Source of the DNA: Elsteraceae bacterium
GTDB taxonomy: Bacteria > Pseudomonadota > Alphaproteobacteria > Elsterales > Elsteraceae
Assembly (NCBI GenBank): GCA_049240905.1
Contig: JBMLRS010000338.1
Span: 1-30,250, forward strand
Reading direction: 5' to 3'
Length of the DNA stretch: 30,250 bases
Numbering within the stretch: position 1 is the first letter of the stretch; every line of letters begins with the position of its first letter. This document shows positions 1 through 7,073 of the stretch, piece after piece. The notes below the pieces were generated by a model. That model was not told where the DNA came from and ran no database searches. It saw nothing but the letters and a program-made list of their open reading frames with translations. The position numbers were made by a program, and so were the translations under genes.

Positions 1-318
1 TTCTCCCGGTTGTTGTCGGGGGGCGGCCCCCCGCTGGTTGGCGCGGCTGTAACCCCCCCCACCCATCCCGCCTGCTCCAGCAGACGAACGGCGGCGAAAC
101 CAACGCTCGGCCGATAAAGATCGACCAGGCAAGTGACGAATAGGGCGACGCGACGAGTCATGGGCGCAGTCTTGGCGCAGCCGGCCCGCGCTGTCGAGAC
201 TGACAAGGCGACGCGGGGCGAATCTGGCGAAATTCTTACGCTGAATTAAGCGGAAGCACGCGCAGGGTTCGCTAATCTCGGGCGTGTGGAGGGAGACGCC
301 CTCTTTGGAGTACGACCG

Positions 319-669
319 ATGAAGCAATGTCGAGCCGCCCTTCTCGCCGCCCTGTTGATTGGCGCGCCCATCCTGGCCCCGACCGCCGGCTGGAGCCAGA
401 CCGCCGATCCCATCGCCACCCCCCGCATCGACCAGCGCGCGCAGAACCAGGCGAAGCGGACGGATCAAGGCGTCGCCTCCGGTAACCTGACCAAAACCGA
501 AGCCGCCCGGCTGAAGCGCCAGCAGGCCCGGATCCAGAAGCGCGAGGCCGCCGCCAAATCCGACGGCGTGGTCACGTCGGGCGAAAAGCGCCGGCTGACC
601 GCCGCGCAAAACGGCGAAAGCCGCCGCATCGCCCGGCAGAAGCATGACGCCCAGAAGGCGGTGAACTAG
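319..669 (+). CDS. Small secreted/periplasmic hypothetical protein (116 aa) with two internal helical repeats
   Basis: ATG at 319 preceded by GGAG (307-310). Signal-peptide-like N-terminus (MKQCRAALLAALLIGAPILA...). Repeat units GNLTKTEAARL / GVVTSGEKRRL. The ORF-track start at 286 looks too early. Confidence 0.75.
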   Translation: MKQCRAALLAALLIGAPILAPTAGWSQTADPIATPRIDQRAQNQAKRTDQGVASGNLTKTEAARLKRQQARIQKREAAAKSDGVVTSGEKRRLTAAQNGESRRIARQKHDAQKAVN

Positions 670-672
670 CCG

Positions 673-776
673 ACGCCCCTCGACAAGCTCGGGGTGAGGA
701 AATTGGGACGGGCGCCTCCACCCCCCTCTTGCTGAGCTTGTCGAAGCACGCCCCTCGACAAGCTCGGGGTGAGGGG
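673..776. repeat. REP-like palindromic repeat cluster 1 (right arm, left arm, right arm)
   Basis: CCCCTCGACAAGCTCGGGGTGAGG at 676-699 and 751-774; complementary arm CCTCTTGCTGAGCTTGTCGAAGCA at 725-748. Lies between convergent genes. Confidence 0.85.
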
Positions 777-781
777 ATCAG

Positions 782-3220
782 TCAGGCGCCTCCCCGCTTC
801 TGGGCGAAGAACTGGTACATCCCGATGAAGCAGTCGGGATGCGCCTCTTCGAACGTCGCCCAGCGGGCCAGGTCATAGCGGTCGCCGGGAGCCGGGTTGA
901 GCGCATGGAACGCCGCCTCCACGCCCGGCTCCACTTCGAATCCGACGAAGACCAGCCCCAACGCCTCCAGCGCCGCCGCGATTTGCGGGATCGTGAAGCG
1001 GTGCTCCTGCACGTGGAACAGCAGGTCGCGGCATTCGCTGAGCGAGTAGAAATCGTCCAGCCGCATAGGCCCGCGGATCGGGTCGCCCTCCGGCGCCGCC
1101 ATGACGCGCTGACGGAAGGCGCGGATGTCGCGATCGGTCGGGGCCAGCCCCAGCTCCGCGATCAGGGCGCGTCCCGCCACCACCCCGCGCCGCGCCAGCT
1201 CGCTGTACAGCCCGATTCGCATCACGCCGCCCGGCTTCAGCGCGGCGGCGAGCCGGCGCCACCCGGCCATCGGATCGGCCAGGTGATGGAGCACGCCGAC
1301 CGATTCGATGAGGTCGAATCGATCCTCCATGCCGGAAAGCTCCAGAATGTCGGCTTGGGCGAAAGTGATGTTGTAGAGTCCCAGTTCCGCCGCCTTGCGC
1401 GCGGCGTAGCCCAGGCTGGCGAGGCTCAGGTCGATCACGGTGAGCTGCAGGCCGACGTAGCGCCGCGCCGTCTGGATCGGGTGATGGCCCGTGCCGCCGC
1501 CGGCGACCAAACCGACCAGAATCGACGGGTCCTTCGCCGGGGCTTGATAGGGTCCGCCAGGAAAACGCCGCCGAAGCGCGACCGACAGGGCGATCGGCGG
1601 ATCAGCCGGTCCGAGCGCGACCCAGCGCGGATAGGGGCTTTCCTCATATTGCTGGCGCACTTGCTGGGAGACGCCGTCGCGCACGACGGTCAAGGCCGGC
1701 AAACCCGCCGCGAGCCGCCGCTCCTCCAACGGCTCGCGAATCTGCTGACGCAGCAAGGCCTCGACGGGTGAAAGATCAGGACGTTCGAGAAGGGACGCGG
1801 CGCCGTTCAGGCCAATCAGGGGTCGATAGGCGGCGTAGACCGCGATCCAGTTCGGGGCGATCGACGCCCCGCTCGTGATCGCCGCTTCGATCTTGGCGCG
1901 CAGCGAATCGACTGCCTCCTGCTCCGCGTCGGCCAAGTCATAAGCGTAGTCGTTGATGAAACATTGCCGAGCGATGGAAAGGCGCAGCGGGGTGACGGAC
2001 GCGCCAGGATCGAGCGCGAAGCTCGCACGCAGGCAGGTGAACAGCCGCTCGAGCGCGACGTCGCCGACGACGCCCGTTTCCAACAGGCTCTGAAGCAGGG
2101 CGTTCTCCGCCAACCTGTCCCATCCCGCCGGATCCATCAGCGCGTCGCCGGTCAGCCGCTGCGGCCAGGCCGCCTCCACTCGCGCCAGAGCCTCCTGGAT
2201 CGCAGGATCCGCTTTCAGCACGCGAATCGCGGCGACCGCCAACTGGCGGGGCGATCCCCACCCCTCGGCCAAGGCGCGGGTCAGCGGCTCGGCCAGGGCG
2301 GGCGGGGCGCTCTCGATCCGTCCCATGCAGCGCGCGAAGGCGCTCTTGACCATTGGCCAGGGCGCTTCCGCCAGGGCCGTCAAGAGGACGGGCAGCGCGT
2401 CTTCCGCCGCGCCCTGATCGATGAGGATGGCCGCGCGCGCCAAGGCCGCCCGCCGGTCACCCGGATGCAGCGCCAGCAGCTTCTCGAGCGCCGCCACGGC
2501 TTCCGCGGGCTTGCCCTGCCGCGCCAGCGCCGCCGCGAGATTGCGCAAGGCGTCGGGATAATCGGGCCGGAAGCGCAGCGCCTGACGATATTGCGCGACC
2601 GCGCCCGACAGGTCGCCGAGGTCGATCAGCAGATTGCCGAGATTGTTCAAGGGCTCGGGCAGATCCGGGCGCAGTTTCGCCGCTTGCCGCAGACGCGCCG
2701 CCGCGCCGACGAGATCGCCTTGGCTGAGGAGCAGATTGCCGAGATTGTTGAGCGCTTCGACATAGGCCGGCCGCCGCCGCAGCGCCTCCTCGAACTGCTC
2801 TCTCGCCTCGTCCGCCCGCCCGAGATCCGCGAGGGCGTTGCCGAGGTTGAAGGCGGATTCCGGCGCCGCCGGCCGGAGCCGCGCCGCCGCCTCGTAAGCG
2901 GTCAGAGCGTCCGTTGAACGGCCCAAAAGCCGCATCAAGGCGCCCAGATCGCCTAGGATCGCCGGATCGTCCGGCTTCAGCCCAGCCGCCCTGCCGATCA
3001 GATCCGCCGCTTCGTCGTAGCGGCCCGCCTGGTGCCGCAAGGCGCCCAGCATGTGCAGCGCGCCGATATGACGGGGATCCTTGCGCAGCAGCGCTTCGTA
3101 GCCCCTGCTCGCCTGCTCCAGCCGGCCCGCCTGATGCGCGGCCAGGGCTTGGGCGAATTCCTTGGCGGCCGGCGGGCCAAGGGCCGCTCCGGACTGCGCG
3201 CGGCGATCGCGACGGTTCAT
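782..3220 (-). CDS. TPR-repeat protein with C-terminal class I SAM-dependent methyltransferase domain
   Basis: Several TPR units (FNLGNAL, LNNLGNLL x2, LRNLAAAL), YEESPYPRW motif, SAM-binding LVAGGGTGHH, FDLIESVGVLHHL. Start is either 3220 (MNRRDRR) or 3268. Confidence 0.85.
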   Translation of the reverse strand: MNRRDRRAQSGAALGPPAAKEFAQALAAHQAGRLEQASRGYEALLRKDPRHIGALHMLGALRHQAGRYDEAADLIGRAAGLKPDDPAILGDLGALMRLLGRSTDALTAYEAAARLRPAAPESAFNLGNALADLGRADEAREQFEEALRRRPAYVEALNNLGNLLLSQGDLVGAAARLRQAAKLRPDLPEPLNNLGNLLIDLGDLSGAVAQYRQALRFRPDYPDALRNLAAALARQGKPAEAVAALEKLLALHPGDRRAALARAAILIDQGAAEDALPVLLTALAEAPWPMVKSAFARCMGRIESAPPALAEPLTRALAEGWGSPRQLAVAAIRVLKADPAIQEALARVEAAWPQRLTGDALMDPAGWDRLAENALLQSLLETGVVGDVALERLFTCLRASFALDPGASVTPLRLSIARQCFINDYAYDLADAEQEAVDSLRAKIEAAITSGASIAPNWIAVYAAYRPLIGLNGAASLLERPDLSPVEALLRQQIREPLEERRLAAGLPALTVVRDGVSQQVRQQYEESPYPRWVALGPADPPIALSVALRRRFPGGPYQAPAKDPSILVGLVAGGGTGHHPIQTARRYVGLQLTVIDLSLASLGYAARKAAELGLYNITFAQADILELSGMEDRFDLIESVGVLHHLADPMAGWRRLAAALKPGGVMRIGLYSELARRGVVAGRALIAELGLAPTDRDIRAFRQRVMAAPEGDPIRGPMRLDDFYSLSECRDLLFHVQEHRFTIPQIAAALEALGLVFVGFEVEPGVEAAFHALNPAPGDRYDLARWATFEEAHPDCFIGMYQFFAQKRGGA

Positions 3221-3340
3221 GGACCGACGGCGGTGAACGAAGGAGGAGACGGTGCGGTCATGGCGCAAGCTTCTCTTGTTGAGCGGCTAAGGGCAAGGGA
3301 GGGTCCTTGGCAAATCTGGTCATATTGAACGGCTATCGAC

Positions 3341-3358
3341 TGTGGTAATGGCGCCACG
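3341..3358. promoter_or_regulatory. Candidate palindromic TF site upstream of porin 1 (TGTGGtaatggcGCCACg)
   Basis: 18-bp imperfect palindrome. A matching site lies at nearly the same distance upstream of porin 2 (4889-4906). Confidence 0.45.
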
Positions 3359-3521
3359 CCTTCGGGAGAACGGCGGAGATCCCTTGTGGATCCCTTGCGC
3401 AGTCCGGTCTTTTACGGTTTGTGCTTGTATTAGTCTCTACGCAGGAGTTCCGGGCCTTGGTCTCGGTCTGCCCGCGGTTACGGGGATGGCAAAGACTGGC
3501 AACCAACTGAGGGATAACCCG

Positions 3522-4793
3522 ATGAAGAAACTACTCCTGGGCTCGACCGCCCTGCTCGGCGCGATCGCCCTGTCCGGCGCGGCCTCCGCGCAGCAGGTCG
3601 TGACGAAAGCCCCGTTCACGCTGACGATCGGCGGCTCTTTCTCGAGCTACTTCGGCGTCAACGCCGGTGGTGATGAAGGCCTCGCCGGCACCGCCGCCAA
3701 TGGCAAGAAGAACTACGACTTCCTGTCGGAAACGCTGCTGCAGTTCGCCGCCTCGGCGAAGACCGACAACGGCCTGACCTATGGCGCCACGGTTCGCAAA
3801 TATTTCAACACGGGCGGCAACCAGGGCCAGACCGGCGGCGGCTTCTCCGCTTTCCAGGGCACCTCGACCACCGATTATGACCGTTCTTGGGTCTTCCTGC
3901 AGGGCAGCTTCGGCCGCATCGACTTCGGCGACGTGAACTCGACCCGCGCCACCTTCATGACCACCGCGCTGAACTCGGTCGGCCCGGTTTGGGGCAACGG
4001 CCTGGGTCCGGACGGCGGCATGGCGGCGTTCTTCTACAACGTCCAGGGCACCAGCATCTCCGGCGCGATCACCAGCCCCGGCAACTACACCACCTTCGGC
4101 GGCAACTCGACGACCCGCCGCACCAAGCTGGTCTACACCTCGCCCAGCTTCGAGGGTTTCCAGGCCGGCCTGTCCTACATGCCGTCGGCCGGCGACTCCG
4201 GCGCCAACTTCGACCGCACTGACACTCTGGTCAACGGCGCCAGCACCACCGCCATCAACGGCCGCGCCAACTATCGCGACGTGATCGAAGGCGGTCTGCG
4301 CTACAAGACCACGATCAGCGGCGTGACGGTCACTCCGGCCCTCGGCTTCCTGTTCGCCTCCGGCTACAAGACCCTGACTTCCTCCCAGGCCACCCTGGAG
4401 GACGCCAACTCCGTGTTCGCCGGCATCCAGTTCGACTATCAGGGCGCCAGCCTCGGCGTCGGCTACACCAACTCCTTCAAGTCGGGCTTGGCCAAGAACA
4501 ACCTCGGCACCGCCCCGAACCGCGACTCCACCGAAGGTATGGTCGTGGCCCTGGGCTACGTGACCGGCCCGTGGGCTTTGAGCGGCTTCTATCAGTACGT
4601 CACGATGGAAGGCAGCCAAGCCGCCACGGCGTCGGGCAACGACACGGCTCGCCTGTTCGAAATCGCCGGCGGCTACACCCTGGCTCCGGGCCTGCAGCTC
4701 TGGACCGCGGTGCATAACTACGAGTTCAAGGACGAGAACGTCACCAAGCGGAACGGCACGCTGTTCCTGCTCGGCACGTCTGTGTCCTTCTAA
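3522..4793 (+). CDS. Outer-membrane porin (alphaproteobacterial general porin type), copy 1, 423 aa
   Basis: MKKLLLGSTAL signal peptide, amphipathic beta-strands (KTDNGLTYG, GSFGRIDFG, YTSPSFEGFQAGLSY), C-terminal Phe. True start is ATG 3522 after GAGGG; the ORF-track start at 3342 is spurious. Confidence 0.92.
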   Translation: MKKLLLGSTALLGAIALSGAASAQQVVTKAPFTLTIGGSFSSYFGVNAGGDEGLAGTAANGKKNYDFLSETLLQFAASAKTDNGLTYGATVRKYFNTGGNQGQTGGGFSAFQGTSTTDYDRSWVFLQGSFGRIDFGDVNSTRATFMTTALNSVGPVWGNGLGPDGGMAAFFYNVQGTSISGAITSPGNYTTFGGNSTTRRTKLVYTSPSFEGFQAGLSYMPSAGDSGANFDRTDTLVNGASTTAINGRANYRDVIEGGLRYKTTISGVTVTPALGFLFASGYKTLTSSQATLEDANSVFAGIQFDYQGASLGVGYTNSFKSGLAKNNLGTAPNRDSTEGMVVALGYVTGPWALSGFYQYVTMEGSQAATASGNDTARLFEIAGGYTLAPGLQLWTAVHNYEFKDENVTKRNGTLFLLGTSVSF

Positions 4794-4805
4794 GGGCGCG
4801 TCAAA

Positions 4806-4842
4806 CCGGAGCCAGCCAGCGGCTGGCTCCGGACCCTTTTTT
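4806..4842 (+). terminator. Intrinsic terminator after porin 1
   Basis: 12-bp stem CCGGAGCCAGCC / GGCTGGCTCCGG, loop AGC, T6 tract at 4837-4842. Confidence 0.85.
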
Positions 4843-4888
4843 ATGATCTCTCGCCCAGGCTGCCCGGCGCCTCCAACCGATCAGATTT

Positions 4889-4906
4889 TGTGCTTTTTAT
4901 GCCACA
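4889..4906. promoter_or_regulatory. Candidate palindromic TF site upstream of porin 2 (TGTGctttttatGCCACA)
   Basis: 18-bp imperfect palindrome, positionally matched to 3341-3358. Confidence 0.45.
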
Positions 4907-5062
4907 GCCTTTTCCTAAGACTGTGCGGCTTGTCATACTAGCTTGCAGACAAGACCGAATTTCCCCTTTTGTATGCCCAGTCTCACGCAGCAGTTCCGGG
5001 GCGACGTTCCCAATCGCGCTGTTCTGGGATGACTGTGATGGTCAACCAATTGGGGGAACCCT

Positions 5063-6334
5063 ATGAAAAAGTTACTTTTGGGCTCGACGGCCCTGCTCGG
5101 CGCGATCGCCCTCTCTGGCGCCGCTTCGGCTCAGCAAGTCGTTACCAAGGCTCCGTTCACGCTGACGATCGGCGGCTCGTTCTCGTCTTACTTCGGCATC
5201 AACGCCGGTGGCGATGAAGGCCTCGCCGGCACCGCCGCCAACGGCAAGAAGAACTACGATTTCCTGTCGGAAACGCTGCTGCAGTTCCAGGCGACCGCCA
5301 AGACCGACAACGGCCTGACCTACGGCGCCGCGGTTCGTAAGTACTTCAACACGGGCGGCAACCAGGGCCAGACCGGCGGCGGTTTCTCCGCTTTCCAGGG
5401 CACCTCGACCACCGATTATGACCGTTCGTTCGTCTTCCTGCAGGGCAGCTTCGGCCGCATCGACTTCGGCGACGTGAACTCGACCCGCGCCACCTTCATG
5501 ACCACCGCGCTGAACTCGGTCGGCCCGGTTTGGGGCAACGGCCTGGGTCCGGACGGCGGCATGGCGGCGTTCTTCTACAACGTCCAGGGCACCAGCATCT
5601 CCGGCGCGATCACCAGCCCCGGCAACTACACCACCTTCGGCGGCAACTCGACGACCCGCCGCACCAAGCTGGTCTACACCTCGCCCAGCTTCGAGGGTTT
5701 CCAGGCCGGCCTGTCCTACATGCCGTCGGCCGGCGACTCCGGCGCCAACTTCGACCGCACTGACACTCTGGTCAACGGCGCCAGCACCACCGCCATCAAC
5801 GGCCGCGCCAACTATCGCGACGTGATCGAAGGCGGTCTGCGCTACAAGACCACGATCAGCGGCGTGACGGTCACTCCGGCCCTCGGCTTCCTGTTCGCCT
5901 CCGGCTACAAGTCGCTGACTTCCGCCCAGGCGACTCTGGAAGACGCGAACTCGCTGTTCGCCGGCATCCAGTTCGACTACATGGGCGCCAGCCTCGGCGT
6001 CGGCTACACCAACGCCTTCAAGTCGGGCTTGGCCAAGAACAACCTCGGCACCGCCCCGAACCGCGACAACACCGAAGGCCTCGTCGTCGCCCTCGGCTAC
6101 GTGACGGGCCCCTGGGCTTTGAGCGGCTTCTATCAGTACGTCACGATGGAAGGCAGCCAGCTGTCCACCGCGTCGGGCAACGACACGATGCGCCTGTTCG
6201 AAATCGCCGGCGGCTACACCCTGGCTCCGGGCCTGCAGCTCTGGACCGCGGTGCATAACTACGAGTTCAAGGACGAGAACGTTACGAAGCGTAACGGCAC
6301 TCTGTTCCTGCTCGGTACGTCTGTGTCCTTCTAA
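5063..6334 (+). CDS. Outer-membrane porin, copy 2, 423 aa (15 amino-acid differences from copy 1)
   Basis: Same length and motifs as 3522-4793; alignment offset 1541 bp with no indels. Confidence 0.93.
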   Translation: MKKLLLGSTALLGAIALSGAASAQQVVTKAPFTLTIGGSFSSYFGINAGGDEGLAGTAANGKKNYDFLSETLLQFQATAKTDNGLTYGAAVRKYFNTGGNQGQTGGGFSAFQGTSTTDYDRSFVFLQGSFGRIDFGDVNSTRATFMTTALNSVGPVWGNGLGPDGGMAAFFYNVQGTSISGAITSPGNYTTFGGNSTTRRTKLVYTSPSFEGFQAGLSYMPSAGDSGANFDRTDTLVNGASTTAINGRANYRDVIEGGLRYKTTISGVTVTPALGFLFASGYKSLTSAQATLEDANSLFAGIQFDYMGASLGVGYTNAFKSGLAKNNLGTAPNRDNTEGLVVALGYVTGPWALSGFYQYVTMEGSQLSTASGNDTMRLFEIAGGYTLAPGLQLWTAVHNYEFKDENVTKRNGTLFLLGTSVSF

Positions 6335-6360
6335 TAATTCATTAGAAGCGCTATGTGAGG

Positions 6361-6388
6361 GGGGCGTCGCAGCTGCGACGCCCCTTTT
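6361..6388 (+). terminator. Intrinsic terminator after porin 2
   Basis: Stem GGGGCGTCGC / GCGACGCCCC, loop AGCT, followed by TTTTCATTTT. Confidence 0.8.
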
Positions 6389-6407
6389 CATTTTGAGGCG
6401 TCCCTCC

Positions 6408-6923
6408 ATGAAGACAACCTTCACTGCTAGCCTGCTCGCCCTGGCCGTTCTCGCCGGCTGCGGCGGAAAGCAAGAGTTCTTTGATCCCGCCGTGGAACGC
6501 CCCCGTGTCGCCAAACAGATCGGCTATGCGTCCGGCGAAGGCGGATGGAACATTGTCGGCGGAGACAGCAAGAAAGGCGAAGAAGGCGGCGCCGGAATCG
6601 GCGTGAACAGCTTTCTGTGGCGCGCGTCCCTCGACACGCTCGCCTTCATGCCCCTGGCTTCGGCCGATCCCTTCGGCGGCGTGATCATCACCGACTGGTA
6701 CGCCACGCCGGCCCAGCCGAACGACCGCTTCAAGGTCACCGTCTACATCCTCGATCGCCAGCTCCGCGCCGACGGCCTCCGCGCCGCCGTGTTCCGCCAG
6801 ACCCGCGACAACGCCGGCAACTGGGCCGACGTGCCGGCTGACCCGCGCACCGGCGTCGACATGGAGAACGCAATCCTGACCCGCGCCCGGGAAATGCGCA
6901 TCAGCATGGCCGGCCTGAAGTAA
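6408..6923 (+). CDS. DUF3576-family lipoprotein
   Basis: Lipobox LAGC; family-typical IGVNSFLWRASLDTLAFMPLASADPFGGVIITDWY; usual position upstream of leuS. Confidence 0.88.
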   Translation: MKTTFTASLLALAVLAGCGGKQEFFDPAVERPRVAKQIGYASGEGGWNIVGGDSKKGEEGGAGIGVNSFLWRASLDTLAFMPLASADPFGGVIITDWYATPAQPNDRFKVTVYILDRQLRADGLRAAVFRQTRDNAGNWADVPADPRTGVDMENAILTRAREMRISMAGLK

Positions 6924-6954
6924 CATCCGCCCGGCCTTCTGCTAGGCTTAACCC

Positions 6955-7043
6955 CCTCATGCCGAGCTTGTCGAAGCATCGGCCCTTCGACAGGCTCAGG
7001 GTGAGGACAATTAGCCCCCTTCATGCTGAGCTTGTCGAAGCAT
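6955..7043. repeat. REP-like palindromic repeat cluster 2 (left arm, right arm, left arm)
   Basis: CCTCATGCCGAGCTTGTCGAAGCA (6955-6978), CCCTTCGACAGGCTCAGGGTGAGG (6983-7006), CTTCATGCTGAGCTTGTCGAAGCAT (7019-7043). Confidence 0.85.
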
Positions 7044-7073
7044 GATCGCCAGAACTCACACCAAGGTTGGATG

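Noticed and set aside
17-60. G/C-run hairpin CGGGGGG-cgg-CCCCCCG and C-runs at the window start
   Set aside because: At the window edge with no context or U-tract; cannot be assigned.
673-776. Possible CRISPR array (repeated ~25-bp palindromic units)
   Set aside because: Units alternate in orientation, spacers are irregular, there are at most three per locus, and no cas genes are present.
3342-3521. 60-residue N-terminal extension of porin 1 in the ORF track
   Set aside because: Copy 2 starts at the equivalent MKKLLLG, and a ribosome-binding site precedes ATG 3522.
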